A stretch of 64,000 nt of DNA, taken from a candidate division FCPU426 bacterium. Its GTDB lineage: Bacteria; Oederibacteriota; Muellerivitia; Muellerivitales; Muellerivitaceae. The notes beneath the pieces were generated by a model. That model was not told the DNA's origin, made no database searches, and saw only the letters and a program-made list of their open reading frames with translations. The position numbers and the translations under genes are program-made. Below, piece after piece: positions 1 to 11,269 of the stretch; within the stretch, counting starts at the first letter, position 1, and each line of letters opens with the position of its first letter. The stretch spans positions 32,001-96,000 of the forward strand of contig CAWCKJ010000009.1 in the NCBI GenBank assembly GCA_963796105.1, read 5' to 3'.

Positions 1-2
1 CC

Positions 3-1667
3 TGGCTCCTTCAGGAAACCCTCAGGGACCTCTGGGGATTCCAGGGTTTCGTGGTCTCGGATTGGGGCGCGGTCAACGACCGGGTGGAGGGATTAAAGTC
101 CGGGAACAACCTGGAGATGCCCGGCACTAAAGATTACAACAGCCGCAAAATCCTCCAGGCGGTCAAGGCCGGAATAATCACCAAGACCTGTCTCGGCAAG
201 AGGGCGGCCGAATTACTCGCGGTAGTCCTCAGGGCGAAAGCCTGCCAAAAGCGGGGTTCCTCTTTCAGCAGGGACGCCCATCACCAGCTCGCAAGACAAG
301 TGGCCTCCGAAAGCATAGTCCTTTTAAAAAACAAAGGCGGTTTGCTTCCCCTCAATAGCCGCCGCGCCAGAAAAATCGCCCTGATCGGCGCCTTCGCCAA
401 ATCTCCCCGTTTCCAAGGCGCCGGAAGCTCCCAGGTTAACCCGACCAGGGTCTCGAACGCATTCGATGAGCTCACGCGCTTAGGGGGAAATGATTTTCAT
501 TTCAACTGGGCCAAGGGTTATGAAATGAACGGCACCACCTCCAAGAAACTGGTCCTAGAGGCTGTCCGTCTCGCGAAAAAGTCGGAACTCGTGGTCTTGT
601 TCGCGGGTCTTCCTGATAGTTACGAATCCGAGGGTTTTGACCGCATTACCCTGGACTTGCCTGCAGGCCACAACAACTTGATTGAGACCGTGGCCAAAGC
701 CCAGCCGAATTTAGCGGTCGTATTGATGAATGGTTCGTCCGTGGCCATGCCCTGGGTCCACAGGGCCCAAGCCATCGTGGAGGGGTGGCTAGGCGGACAA
801 GCTGGGAGCGGCGCCATCGCCGACATCCTTCTGGGCAAGGTGAATCCTTCCGGAAAGCTTTCGGAGACCTTTCCTGTTCGTCTAGAGGACACCCCGGCTT
901 TTCCCGAGTTCCCCGGCGAGAACCTGAACACGAACTATGGTGAGGGCCTTCACATCGGGTACCGCCATTACGACGCGCGGAAAATCGAGCCTTTGTTTCC
1001 CTTTGGTTTCGGCCTGAGCTACACGACTTTTGCCTTTTCCGGCCTCTTCGTCAGCCGCGTTCCAAAGGGCTTCCGGGTCACGTGCACGGTCAAAAACACA
1101 GGCAAGGTCGAGGGAGCGGAGGTAGTCCAACTTTATATCCATGAGCAACAGCCAAGGGTCACACGGCCGGTTCAGGAGCTCAAGGCCTTTGAGAGGATTT
1201 TCCTTAAACCGGGGGTATCCAAAAAAATCCACTTTCGTCTGGATGACCGCGCTTTCGCCTATTGGGATGTCCGGCTTCATGATTGGAACGTAATCGCCGG
1301 GAAATTCGATATCCGAGTGGGCTCCTCCTCCCGCGACCTCCCCCTCTTTAAAACGATAGATCATCCCGGAACACCTCTCCGATGTCCTCCATTGACGCGG
1401 GATTCCATGGGCAAGGAATTCACCAGACATCCCAAGGGAAAGATTTATTTAAGGAAACTCCTCTATGCCACAGGCTTGATGGAGTCGATTGGGGGCAGGC
1501 GGCGAAAGACTGTAAAGCTTAACCCCGAGGAAAAGGCGGATATCATAAAAGCGGAGAAAGCCCTGATGGCCTTCTTAAACGAGCTTCCTGTCAAAAAAAT
1601 ATCCCTTTTTTCGGAGGGAAAGTTCACAGATCGGATGCTGGAGACGATCCTGAGAAAGACGAGGTGA
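3..1667 (+). CDS. GH3 beta-glucosidase/xylosidase (5'-truncated by window edge)
   Basis: Frame is open from the window start (WLLQETLRDLWGFQGFVVSDW, nucleophile SDW). Also SIVLLKN, ESEGFDR, PSGKL, YGEGLHIGYR, FPFGFGLSYT and an Fn3-like GAEVVQLY...ELKAF. Confidence 0.95.
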   Translation, partial: WLLQETLRDLWGFQGFVVSDWGAVNDRVEGLKSGNNLEMPGTKDYNSRKILQAVKAGIITKTCLGKRAAELLAVVLRAKACQKRGSSFSRDAHHQLARQVASESIVLLKNKGGLLPLNSRRARKIALIGAFAKSPRFQGAGSSQVNPTRVSNAFDELTRLGGNDFHFNWAKGYEMNGTTSKKLVLEAVRLAKKSELVVLFAGLPDSYESEGFDRITLDLPAGHNNLIETVAKAQPNLAVVLMNGSSVAMPWVHRAQAIVEGWLGGQAGSGAIADILLGKVNPSGKLSETFPVRLEDTPAFPEFPGENLNTNYGEGLHIGYRHYDARKIEPLFPFGFGLSYTTFAFSGLFVSRVPKGFRVTCTVKNTGKVEGAEVVQLYIHEQQPRVTRPVQELKAFERIFLKPGVSKKIHFRLDDRAFAYWDVRLHDWNVIAGKFDIRVGSSSRDLPLFKTIDHPGTPLRCPPLTRDSMGKEFTRHPKGKIYLRKLLYATGLMESIGGRRRKTVKLNPEEKADIIKAEKALMAFLNELPVKKISLFSEGKFTDRMLETILRKTR

Positions 1668-1860
1668 TTTCCCGAGAAGTTTAACGAGGGTTAAATCCAA
1701 GAAACTTCTTGGAAAAATCTGGCAGGAAAAAATTTAAAATCTTTCGATCCAACGCATTCCATTTCCTAACCCTCACCTCAACTGCCCTGAACCTACCAAG
1801 CGAATAGTGCGGCAGGGTTGTCCCAACTGTCAATAAAACATTCGGAACTGGCTCCTAACT

Positions 1861-3099
1861 TTATTTTGTTCCCCCTTTTTGAACATTAATGGCCGGTCCT
1901 GTTTCTCCTGTTCTCTCGAGGATTTCCAAACAGGCCCTTCCCGTGTGATAAGGGCATTTCCACAAACCCGCGATCTCGCGCTTAATATCCGGCATGCCAT
2001 TATCATTGATGCCCGCAAACCATTCGCCGCCAGGTCGTAAAAAATACTTTTTGCAATATTCCCATGCCAACTTGGACTTCTCAAAATAGAGATCTTTTCC
2101 GGTCATCTCGTAAGCATTGAAGAAACCAACCATAGCTTCCGCCTGCATCCACCATTCCTTGCCGGGTTTCAGGGATCCATCCGCCTCCTTTTCGTTCAAA
2201 ACGCCCCCTTGGGCGTCAAGACCTTCCCCCAGGACCGCTTGGGCCATACTAACGGCGATGGGCGTGACTTTCTTTAATAGGCTTTCTCGCCTAGTTGCTT
2301 CGGCGGCCTCGATCAAGAGCCAACTGCCTTCGATATCATGACCGTAAGATATATTTCCCGAGACTTCATTCCACTCCATATCAAAAAAAAGCCCGAAATG
2401 ACGGTTAGGCATGATGATTTTCTCTAAAAAAACATTTAGTAAGCTTTCCAGTGATTCGATCACGGGCCCCGCAGGATCATATTGGGCAAGTAGCGAGTAT
2501 GCCTCCAGAATATGAAGGTTCGTGTTCATCGATTTGGGGGTGTTAAGATCCTTCTCGGATAGCCGGGTATCCTGAACTGGCGCCCAGTCGCGCCCAAGGG
2601 CGTCGAGGTAACCTCCTTCGATGGGATCCCTTCCATATCTTTCCACCATATGGAAAATTTTTTTCGCCTCATCCAAAGCCTGCCGGTCGCCAGACGCTTG
2701 TGAAAATTCAGAGAACGCATATATCGCGAAAGCTTGCCCGTAAAATTTCTTGGTGGTGTCAAGGGGTTTGCCCTTGTGGTCGACAAGCCAGAAGACGCCC
2801 CCATGCTCTCGGTCCAGGAAATGATCCCGGAGATACCGGTACATCAACTCGGCGGCACGGATATACTTCTCATTCCCCAACCTGGAATAGGCCCGGGAAA
2901 AGGTCCACAAAATGCGCGTCGCCAAAATCACGCCCTTATCCGCCGTCGGATCGGCGGTACCCTGGCCGTTCACCGAACCCTGGAATCCGCCCGAATCGAA
3001 ATCGATGATGTTCCGTAACCAATAAGCAAGAATGTCATCCGTCAATTCGTTGAGCACTTCTTCACGGTATCTGATTAAGTCTGTTTTTATTTTTACCAA
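1861..3099 (-). CDS. Cellobiose 2-epimerase / AGE-family epimerase
   Basis: Motifs RILWTFS, KSMNTNLHILEAY, GHDIEGSW, WWMQAEA and WKCPYHTGR. Likely TTG start at 3099 after GAGGG; the ORF track starts at 3165. Confidence 0.9.
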   Translation of the reverse strand: MVKIKTDLIRYREEVLNELTDDILAYWLRNIIDFDSGGFQGSVNGQGTADPTADKGVILATRILWTFSRAYSRLGNEKYIRAAELMYRYLRDHFLDREHGGVFWLVDHKGKPLDTTKKFYGQAFAIYAFSEFSQASGDRQALDEAKKIFHMVERYGRDPIEGGYLDALGRDWAPVQDTRLSEKDLNTPKSMNTNLHILEAYSLLAQYDPAGPVIESLESLLNVFLEKIIMPNRHFGLFFDMEWNEVSGNISYGHDIEGSWLLIEAAEATRRESLLKKVTPIAVSMAQAVLGEGLDAQGGVLNEKEADGSLKPGKEWWMQAEAMVGFFNAYEMTGKDLYFEKSKLAWEYCKKYFLRPGGEWFAGINDNGMPDIKREIAGLWKCPYHTGRACLEILERTGETGPAINVQKGGTK

Positions 3100-3280
3100 G
3101 TCACCCTCTTCAATCCAAGAACTGCATATTACTTTTCGGATCAAATTTGGGCAAATAATAACCATTAAACCTCTGAATAACTAAAATAAAACACAAAACA
3201 GAGATTTCAACCCAAAGTATTTCACGGGAAAACACGGGTTTACTAGGTATTGGGAGAGAAATCGCGCAGGAAAAGGCCTA

Positions 3281-6200
3281 TTACTGTTTCACCAGAATCT
3301 TGAGCGTTTGCCTGGCGATCACGTGATCTCCGGAGTCCTTCTGCTCGGTCTTGCAGATGTAGAGCCCGCTGGCGATCCCAGCCGCATTCCATGCCGCCTG
3401 GCTGGTCCCTGCAACGCCCCTCACTTCCGTCACCAGTTCTCCCGCCAGGTCGTAAATCTTGACACTCAGGCTCAATCCCGGCACCGCACCCTGGAAGGTC
3501 ACGATCTTGATTCCGTCTGTCAGGGGGTTCGGATAGGCCCAAACCTTGGCAAGGGATGGCTTCGGGTTGTTCACCACCAGAACAGAAGTGACGATCATCG
3601 TCTCCCCGCCCTTCCCGTCGGTGGAATGCACTTCGATAAAGTAGTTCCCGTTGGGTACGACCGTCCCATTGGAAGCGTACCCGTCCCAAACCACCTGTAC
3701 CCCATTATTAGTCTTAATGGTTAGTGTTCCGTCCGTCGGGGAACCCGGCTCTAACACCCCGCTGGACAATTTTACCGAGGTGATCACCACCCCCTGGGGG
3801 TTTTCCACCACGCTATACAGCGACCGCACGATCTCCCCTGCTTCGTTGTAGATGTCGATGGTTACCTTCTCCAACTGCCTGCTCACCACCACGTTCAAGA
3901 TGACGCTCGAGTCCACGCCGAACGAGTCGATATTGTCCACCTTGAGGTAGTAATCCCCGTTGGGGACCGGGCTTCCATCCTGGTTCGTCCCGTCCCACAC
4001 CGTGATGAAGTGGTTCTGATCCATGATTGTCACGGGGCTGTTTAAGCCGTTGATCAAGTTCCCGTTCTGAAATTGCAGGTTCACCAAGGGCTGGGAATAT
4101 TCGGTCACTAGAAGGGTCTTCACCAGCTCCCCCGCCTCGTTGTAAACCCCAATTCGAACCGTGTAGTTCCCCATGACCATGAGGGTCGCGCAGGCCGACT
4201 TTGACAAGGACCCCGGGTAGGAGTAGGCCGCGCAGTTCACCAGGGGCCCACCCTGGGTGAAGGTGTTGATGGTGACAATGTAGCTTAGCTGATAGTTTCC
4301 AGGGGCCAGAGTCGGGAAAGTCCAGTTCATGACCGTCACCCCGCCCGCCACGTTCGTAACCGCAGAGGTCCCGGCCGGAGAAGTCCCGAAGGATACGAAA
4401 CTGCATTGGGCCGGCAGGGGGTCGCTCACCGTCAACCCAGTCACGAAGTTATAGGCCACGTTCACGTTCAGGGTGTAGGTCACAGCGTCCCCCGGCAGCC
4501 CTTGGGGCTCGGATTCCAGCTTTTGCAGGGTCACCACCGCGGTAGGGGTGGGAGTCCAGGTCGGCGTAAAGGTGTTAGTGGGCGTGTTGGTGTTCGTCGG
4601 GGTATAGGTTTTTGTTGGGGTATTGGTCGGGGTCGGCGTATTCGTGGGGGTAAAGGTATTGGTTGGAGTGAAAGTGTTGGTCGGGGTGGGGGTATTCGTC
4701 GGCGTGTTGGTATTGGTTGGCGTGTAGGTCGGCGTAGGAGTGTTGGTATTCGTCGGCGTGTTGGTGGGGGTAAATGTGTTGGTCGGAGTATATGTGTTGG
4801 TCGGCGTATAGGTCGACGTGGGGGTTGGAGTATTCGTCGGGGTGTAAGTGTTCGTTGGGGTGTTCGTCGGGGTAAAGGTATTGGTCGGCGTGGGAGTGTT
4901 GGTCAGGGTAAAGGACGGGGTGGGTGTCGGGGTATTGGTGGGGGTGTAAGTGTTCGTCGCCGTGTTGGTATTGGTAGGAGTGGGGGTATTCGTCGGCGTA
5001 TAGGTGGAGGTATTTGTGTTGGTCGGTGTGGGTGTCGGAGTGTTTGTCTGCGTATTCGTGGGGCTGTTGGTATTCGTCGGCGTGTTGCTATTGGTGTTGG
5101 TCGGCGTGTTCGTCGGGGTATTCGTCGGGGTAAAGGTATTAGTCGGCGTAGAGGTTGGTGTATTTGTCGGTGTACTCGTGGGGCTATTGGTTTTAGTCGG
5201 CGTGTTGGTGTTTGTCGGAGTCGGGGTATTTGTGGGTGTGTAGGTAGATGTACTGGTGTTGGTGGGTGTAGGGGTAGGTGTATTGGTCGGCGTATTCGTG
5301 GGGGTGTTGGTATTCGTGGGAGTGTAGCTGGGGGTGCTGGTCGGGTTATTCGTCGGCGTGCTTGTAGGTGTGGAAGTCGGGGTACTCGTCGAGGTGTTTG
5401 TCGGGGTGGGGGTCGCAGTGTTGGTGTTGGTTGGAGTTGGGGTATTCGTGGGTGTGGGGGTAGGCGTACTTGTGGGTGTATTCGTCGAGGTAAAGGAATT
5501 GGTCGGCGTAGGGGTCGGTGTACTCGTTGGTGTGGAAGTGGGCGTGTTGGTATTGGTGGGAGTGTTTGTCGAAGTGGGGGTCGGGGTCGGAGTGTAAGAA
5601 TTCGTCGGGGTAGGCGTCGGGGACTGAGTTCCGGTCGAGGTCAAGGTGGGCGTCGGAGTGTTTGTTGGTGTGGGTGTCGAAGTGGAGGTATTGGTTGGGG
5701 TGGGGGTAGGCGTGTTTGTCGGTGTATTAGTTGGAGTATTCGTAGGCGTGGGCGTTGAAGTGGCCGTAGGTGTATTGGTCGGTGTATTCGTTGGAGTATT
5801 AGTGGGCGTTAGAGTGGGCGTATTCGTAGGCGTAGGGGTCGGAGTGTTTGTTCGCGTAGGTGTCGAAGTGGAGGTATTGGTTGGAGTTGGGGTAGGCGTA
5901 TTTGTCGGCGTGTTAGTCGAAGTATTGGTCGAGGTGGGCGTAGGGGTGTTCGTCGGAGTTGGAGTAGGTGTGTTTGTCGGCGTATTGGTCGGGGTATTTG
6001 TAGGAGTAGGAGTGAATGTGACTGTGGGTGTATTCGTCGGAGTCGCCGTAGGGGTTGGAGTAAAGGTATTGGTAAAGGTATTTGTCGGGGACTGGGTTCC
6101 GGTTGGAGTAAGGGTGGGAGTCGGCGTGTTCGTCGGTGTCGAGGTCAATGTTGGTGTCGGGGTGGTGGTAGGCGTGTTCGTGGGTGTGGGGGTCGGGGTA

Positions 6201-9200
6201 CTCGTCGGCGTATTCGTCGGAGTAGGGGTGGGAGTGGCCGTAGGGGTCGGGGTCGGAGTGTTCGTGGGCGTGGGTGTAGGAGTATTGGTAGAAGTCGGAG
6301 TGGGTGTTGTCGTAGGGGTCGGAGTGGGCGTATTCGTTGGGGTAGGAGTAGGCGTATTCGTGGGAGTGGGGGTGGGTGTTGTAGTGGAAGTAGGCGTTGG
6401 GGTATTGGTCGGGGTTTTTGTTGGGGTGCTGGTCGGTGTGGGCGTAGGAGTTGTCGTGGGGGTCGGGGTCGGAGTATTCGTCGGTGTGTTGGTTGGAGTA
6501 TTCGTCAGCGTCGGTGTCGGCGTAATCGTGGGAGTGTTGGTCGGAGTAGGTGTCGGTGTGAGCGTCGGAGTAAGCGTCGGTGTATTGGTTGGGGATTGAG
6601 TACCTGTCGGGGTTAGGGTGGGTGTGGGAGTGTTAGTGGGAGTGGGCGTCAAAGTCGGCGTCGGGGTGGTCGTGGGAGTGTTGGTGGGAGTTGGGGTTGG
6701 AGTTTTGGTGGGTGTGTTGGTTGGCGTGGGTGTTGGCGTCGTCGTGGGAGTAGGAGTTGGGGTATTGGTGGGAGTCAGTGTCGGAGTATTGGTGGGGGTA
6801 GGAGTGGGCGTGGTTGTTGGAGTGGGCGTAGGGGTGTTCGTGGGGGTATTGGTCGGGGTATTGGTGGGGGTCGGGGTAGGTGTCGTTGTTGGAGTCGGGG
6901 TCGGAGTATTCGTGGGTGTCCGGGTCGGGGTATTCGTTGGTGTTGGTGTGGGGGTGGTTGTTGGGGTTGGAGTTGGCGTATTGGTTGGGGTATTCGTGGG
7001 GGTATTCGTGGGAGTGGGTGTTGCGGTCGTAGTCGGGGTCGTAGTCGGCGTGTTCGTCGGCGTCAAGGTCGGGGTATTGGTGGGAGTAGGCGTCGGAGTC
7101 GTCGTCGGAGTAGGGGTGGGTGTATTCGTTGGCGTCGGAGTTGGGGTTCTTGTGGGAGTTGGCGTGGGTGTTGTCGTAGGGGTTGGAGTTGGTGTATTCG
7201 TCGGGGTCGGGGTCGAGGTATTGGTGGGAGTGGGCGTAGGGGTCGTTGTCGGAGTAGGTGTGGATGTATTCGTTGACGTCGGAGTTGGGGTTCTTGTGGG
7301 AGTTGGCGTGGGTGTTGTCGTAGGGGTTGGAGTTGGTGTATTCGTCGGGGTCAGCGTCGGGGTATTGGTGGGGGTGGGTGTCGGGGTCGTCGTCGGAGTG
7401 GGAGTAGAAGTGTTCGTCGGTGTCTTTGTCGGAGTGTTGGTCGGTGTCGGTGTAGGCGTAATGGTGGGGGTGTTAGTGGGAGTGGGCGTAGGCGTCAGCG
7501 TTGGAGTGAGAGTCGGAGTATTAGTTGGGGATTGGGTTCCCGTTGGGGTGAGAGTCGGCGTGGGAGTGTTTGTCGGTGTGGGTGTCAAAGTGGGTGTTGG
7601 TGTTGTCGTAGGGGTATTCGTCGGGGTTGGCGTTGGAGTCTTGGTCGGAGTGTTGGTGGGCGTAGGCGTCGGAGTGGTTGTTGGAGTTGGTGTCGGGGTG
7701 TTGGTCGGCGTATTGGTTGGGGTATTGGTGGGAGTTGGCGTCGGTGTCATCGTGGGCGTGGGGGTCGGCGTGTTCGTGGGTGTATTGGTCGGTGTAGGCG
7801 TTGGGGTCGGAGTCGGCGTCCTGGTCGGGGTAGGAGTGGGGGTGTTCGTTGGGGTTGGAGTAGGCGTGTTCGTCGGAGTTGGCGTCGGTGTCGTCGTGGG
7901 CGTGGGGGTCGGCGTGTTCGTGGGTGTATTGGTCGGTGTAGGCGTTGGGGTCGGAGTCGGCGTCCTGGTCGGGGTAGGAGTGGGGGTGTTCGTTGGGGTT
8001 GGAGTAGGCGTGTTCGTCGGAGTTGGCGTCGGTGTCGTCGTGGGCGTGGGGGTCGGCGTGTTCGTGGGTGTATTGGTCGGTGTAGGCGTTGGGGTCGGAG
8101 TCGGCGTCCTGGTCGGGGTAGGAGTGGGGGTGTTCGTTGGGGTTGGAGTAGGCGTGTTAGTCGGAGTTGGCGTCGGTGTCGTCGTGGGCGTGGGGGTCGG
8201 CGTGTTCGTGGGCGTATTAGTCGGTGTAGGCGTTGGGGTCGGAGTCGGCGTCCTGGTCGGGGTAGGAGTGGGGGTGTTCGTTGGGGTTGGAGTAGGCGTG
8301 TTAGTCGGAGTTGGCGTCGGTGTCGTCGTGGGCGTGGGGGTCGGCGTGTTCGTGGGCGTATTAGTCGGTGTAGGCGTTGGGGTCGGAGTCGGCGTCCTGG
8401 TCGGGGTAGGAGTGGGGGTGTTCGTTGGGGTTGGAGTAGGCGTGTTCGTCGGAGTTGGCGTCGGTGTCGTCGTGTGCGTGGGGGTCGGCGTGTTCGTGGG
8501 TGTATTGGTCGGTGTAGGCGTTGGGGTCGGAGTCGGCGTCCTGGTCGGGGTAGGAGTGGGGGTGTTCGTTGGGGTTGGAGTAGGCGTGTTCGTCGGAGTT
8601 GGCGTCGGTGTCGTCGTGGGCGTGGGGGTCGGCGTGTTCGTGGGTGTATTGGTCGGTGTAGGCGTTGGGGTCGGAGTCGGCGTCCTGGTCGGGGTAGGAG
8701 TGGGGGTGTTCGTTGGGGTTGGAGTAGGCGTGTTCGTCGGAGTTGGCGTCGGTGTCGTCGTGGGCGTGGGGGTCGGCGTGTTCGTGGGTGTATTGGTCGG
8801 TGTAGGCGTTGGGGTCGGAGTCGGCGTCCTGGTCGGGGTAGGAGTGGGGGTGTTGGTTGGAGTTGGAGTGGGCGTGTTCGTCGGAGTTCTGGTAGGAGTA
8901 GGCGTTGGCGTGGGAGTTGGAGTGGGTGTATTCGTAGGAGTATTGGTTGGAGTGTTCGTCGGAGTAGGCGTGGGCGTTTTGGTAGGTGTAGGAGTTGGTG
9001 TCGGTGTGTTGGTGGGGGTTGGAGTCGGCGAAGGAGTGGGCGTGGGAGTCGGAGTCCTGGTCGGAGTAGGCGTTGGGGTGGGAGTCGGCGTGTTTGTTGG
9101 TGTAGGGGTATTTGTCGGCGTGGGCGTTTTTGTGGGTGTAGGCGTTGGAGTCGGAGTGTTGGTATAAGTATACGTAAAAGTGGGCGTGGTGGCGCAAACA

Positions 9201-10762
9201 ACGGTGATAGCAATGTTGTTGCTGTTCACGGGCCCCCCGCCCGCCCAACTGGCCACACCCTTGTCCGTGACAACCTGGCAATAATCACTGGTATTAACGC
9301 TGTAGGAACCCACGAAAAACGTGATCGGGGCACAAGCCCCGCCTGGCATGCCGGTAACCAACCAACTCAGGGTTGGATAAGTCGTGGATAAAGGATTGAT
9401 TGTCACAGTGTTGCTGCCCACAGTGATCGTATATTGACTGTAATTGGGCCCCTGGAATGCCCATCCCAAAGGATTGGTGATGTTGTCCGTCACAGTGATT
9501 CCGTTGCCAGGCCCCGCTCCCGCCGCGTTGCACAAATTGATCGTCATCGTAATGGCCCCGGTATCCGGATAGTTAGAGGTAGGGCCACCGGTTGTCTTGG
9601 TCAAGGACGGGTTGGGAGGAACCGGTGTGGGCGTATTGGTCACGGTAGGGGTGTTGGTAAAGCAGGGACGGTTCACCGTCACAGGCGGGTTGGAAGTTTT
9701 AGTACCGCCCGAGTAACCCACGCTCGCAGTATTGGAGATCGTTTGGCATTGGTTCCCCAGCCAATAGTAATCCTCCATGCTGGCCATCAAGGTCACGCAG
9801 GAATTGCCTTGGAAATCACCCCAGATCGCTGTGGCCCCGTTTCCAGCGGGTGCCGGCCAGCTGGCCTGTCCACCTATCAAAGAAACGGGAGATATGGCTG
9901 GAACTAACCAGCCTACAAAACCCAAAGGCGCCGTTCCAACTTGAGAATCAATCAGAGTCACGCCGCCCGACGTCACAGGGCCCCCAGTGTCGCAAACCAC
10001 CACTTGAAATGTCACGAACATGTCATTACTGCCATTGGTGACTTGCGAACCGGCGACAAGGGTTTTCGTGATAGTCAGCGTAGGCGGTCCGGCTGTGGGC
10101 TGGGGTGGTGGGATGGTGGTAGCTTGAGTGTAAAAAAGACCCCCGTTGCAATTGGTGGTGCTGTAATCACCATCAGTGGTGGAAGCTGTGAAGGGTACAA
10201 TTTGGCCCGATACGGGATTGAAAATTCCTTGGCCCCAGCAGCAATAACCCGAGGTAGTGTTGACAACAACCGGGGCAATCCAGGTGCCTCCTGTCCCTGT
10301 GTAATTAGTCGCGTACCAGTTGGTTGCTGGAGGCGAGGCTGGATTTCCAGCACTCACGTAATCCATAGATACACCGGCGGTTGAACTGGTGATCTCGGAA
10401 TGATTCCCTCCCTGGCAGGTGATATCCAAATCCCAGGAGGCATAGAGATTGTTGCAAGCAGTGTTTTGGGTAAAAACAGATACATAAACTTTGGCGCCGG
10501 TTAAAAGCGATGTGGGTACTGTGATACAACCGGGCGGGCAGGAACCAGTTCCATCCCAGTTGCAATAAGCGATTTGGCCCAGGTAAACACCACCCACATA
10601 GACTTGGGACCAGTCATCACTGGCTATACAAATCTGTGCGGAAGTAGGAGTGCATTGGGCCGACAACTTTATAGGAACTCCCAATAAAAACAGTACTCCT
10701 AATATCGTTATGAGTCGAATGCCGTGATATTTTCTTTTTTTACATTCTGATAAACTGCTCAT
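3281..10762 (-). CDS. Giant secreted Pro/Thr-repeat protein (2493 aa) with DUF11, FlgD-Ig and T9SS-CTD-like C-terminus
   Basis: Signal peptide (..IKLSA|QC), Cys-rich head and DUF11-like Ig units. About 1550-aa (X-T)n stalk. C-terminal IYNEAGE/WDG..G.YY repeats and [24 protein letters not shown]. Confidence 0.85.
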   Translation of the reverse strand: MSSLSECKKRKYHGIRLITILGVLFLLGVPIKLSAQCTPTSAQICIASDDWSQVYVGGVYLGQIAYCNWDGTGSCPPGCITVPTSLLTGAKVYVSVFTQNTACNNLYASWDLDITCQGGNHSEITSSTAGVSMDYVSAGNPASPPATNWYATNYTGTGGTWIAPVVVNTTSGYCCWGQGIFNPVSGQIVPFTASTTDGDYSTTNCNGGLFYTQATTIPPPQPTAGPPTLTITKTLVAGSQVTNGSNDMFVTFQVVVCDTGGPVTSGGVTLIDSQVGTAPLGFVGWLVPAISPVSLIGGQASWPAPAGNGATAIWGDFQGNSCVTLMASMEDYYWLGNQCQTISNTASVGYSGGTKTSNPPVTVNRPCFTNTPTVTNTPTPVPPNPSLTKTTGGPTSNYPDTGAITMTINLCNAAGAGPGNGITVTDNITNPLGWAFQGPNYSQYTITVGSNTVTINPLSTTYPTLSWLVTGMPGGACAPITFFVGSYSVNTSDYCQVVTDKGVASWAGGGPVNSNNIAITVVCATTPTFTYTYTNTPTPTPTPTKTPTPTNTPTPTNTPTPTPTPTPTRTPTPTPTPSPTPTPTNTPTPTPTPTKTPTPTPTNTPTNTPTNTPTPTPTPTPTPTRTPTNTPTPTPTNTPTPTPTRTPTPTPTPTPTNTPTNTPTPTPTTTPTPTPTNTPTPTPTNTPTPTPTRTPTPTPTPTPTNTPTNTPTPTPTTTPTPTPTNTPTPTPTNTPTPTPTRTPTPTPTPTPTNTPTNTPTPTHTTTPTPTPTNTPTPTPTNTPTPTPTRTPTPTPTPTPTNTPTNTPTPTPTTTPTPTPTNTPTPTPTNTPTPTPTRTPTPTPTPTPTNTPTNTPTPTPTTTPTPTPTNTPTPTPTNTPTPTPTRTPTPTPTPTPTNTPTNTPTPTPTTTPTPTPTNTPTPTPTNTPTPTPTRTPTPTPTPTPTNTPTNTPTPTPTTTPTPTPTNTPTPTPTNTPTPTPTRTPTPTPTPTPTNTPTNTPTPTPTMTPTPTPTNTPTNTPTNTPTPTPTTTPTPTPTNTPTKTPTPTPTNTPTTTPTPTLTPTPTNTPTPTLTPTGTQSPTNTPTLTPTLTPTPTPTNTPTITPTPTPTNTPTKTPTNTSTPTPTTTPTPTPTNTPTLTPTNTPTPTPTTTPTPTPTRTPTPTSTNTSTPTPTTTPTPTPTNTSTPTPTNTPTPTPTTTPTPTPTRTPTPTPTNTPTPTPTTTPTPTPTNTPTLTPTNTPTTTPTTTATPTPTNTPTNTPTNTPTPTPTTTPTPTPTNTPTRTPTNTPTPTPTTTPTPTPTNTPTNTPTNTPTPTPTTTPTPTPTNTPTLTPTNTPTPTPTTTPTPTPTNTPTKTPTPTPTNTPTTTPTPTLTPTPTNTPTPTLTPTGTQSPTNTPTLTPTLTPTPTPTNTPTITPTPTLTNTPTNTPTNTPTPTPTTTPTPTPTSTPTKTPTNTPTPTSTTTPTPTPTNTPTPTPTNTPTPTPTTTPTPTSTNTPTPTPTNTPTPTPTATPTPTPTNTPTSTPTPTPTNTPTTTPTPTLTSTPTNTPTPTLTPTGTQSPTNTFTNTFTPTPTATPTNTPTVTFTPTPTNTPTNTPTNTPTPTPTNTPTPTSTNTSTNTPTNTPTPTPTNTSTSTPTRTNTPTPTPTNTPTLTPTNTPTNTPTNTPTATSTPTPTNTPTNTPTNTPTPTPTNTSTSTPTPTNTPTPTLTSTGTQSPTPTPTNSYTPTPTPTSTNTPTNTNTPTSTPTSTPTPTPTNSFTSTNTPTSTPTPTPTNTPTPTNTNTATPTPTNTSTSTPTSTPTSTPTNNPTSTPSYTPTNTNTPTNTPTNTPTPTPTNTSTSTYTPTNTPTPTNTNTPTKTNSPTSTPTNTPTSTPTNTFTPTNTPTNTPTNTNSNTPTNTNSPTNTQTNTPTPTPTNTNTSTYTPTNTPTPTNTNTATNTYTPTNTPTPTPSFTLTNTPTPTNTFTPTNTPTNTYTPTNTPTPTSTYTPTNTYTPTNTFTPTNTPTNTNTPTPTYTPTNTNTPTNTPTPTNTFTPTNTFTPTNTPTPTNTPTKTYTPTNTNTPTNTFTPTWTPTPTAVVTLQKLESEPQGLPGDAVTYTLNVNVAYNFVTGLTVSDPLPAQCSFVSFGTSPAGTSAVTNVAGGVTVMNWTFPTLAPGNYQLSYIVTINTFTQGGPLVNCAAYSYPGSLSKSACATLMVMGNYTVRIGVYNEAGELVKTLLVTEYSQPLVNLQFQNGNLINGLNSPVTIMDQNHFITVWDGTNQDGSPVPNGDYYLKVDNIDSFGVDSSVILNVVVSRQLEKVTIDIYNEAGEIVRSLYSVVENPQGVVITSVKLSSGVLEPGSPTDGTLTIKTNNGVQVVWDGYASNGTVVPNGNYFIEVHSTDGKGGETMIVTSVLVVNNPKPSLAKVWAYPNPLTDGIKIVTFQGAVPGLSLSVKIYDLAGELVTEVRGVAGTSQAAWNAAGIASGLYICKTEQKDSGDHVIARQTLKILVKQ
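4541..9190 (-). repeat. Low-complexity (Pro/Asn/Thr-Thr)n coding repeat
   Basis: Thr at almost every second residue; the opposite strand reads as (VG)n. Confidence 0.95.
7731..8854. repeat. Near-perfect 144-bp tandem repeat (~7.8 copies; 48-aa unit)
   Basis: The anchor taggcgtgtt recurs at 7861, 8005, 8149, 8293, 8437, 8581 and 8725. Confidence 0.9.
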
Positions 10763-11269
10763 TAAATCTACCCCGCTTGAATTTTCAAACAGTTTTCAGG
10801 TTAAACTTTCGACAACTGATTATAATCTTTTTAAAAACCATTTTCATGGTAAAAGCTTTAACGATAAATATATGCATATTTTGTACCAATATGGTTACCC
10901 CGAAGATTCTTGAAAGACCTAAAAATCTTCATTTTCCTGCATTTCTCGTTAAACTAGGGTAGTTTTCGGTTGTTCCTTTTGTCAGTTTTCCGAGTTTTTT
11001 GGGCTTTTTTTGACTAGGTTTGAAAACAATGGAATATTCAAGCGGTTTTCTTCGTCGATTCCCATCCCCGCAGAAATGACACATTTAGTTGTTTATTGTC
11101 GATTTTTCCAAATAGATTTTAATCATTAAATGCAGGAAGGTTTTCTTGGGATTATTGAATCAAAGGACAACTGATTCAGTAATAGAGAAGGAGTTTTAAG
11201 ATTAAATAAAATTCTAGAATAACTTTAAACGGCTACACTTGAAAATTTGGTGTTAAACAACCCCAGATG

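Noticed and set aside
7731..8854. CRISPR-like periodicity
   Set aside because: The units are contiguous, in frame and lack unique spacers; there are no cas genes.
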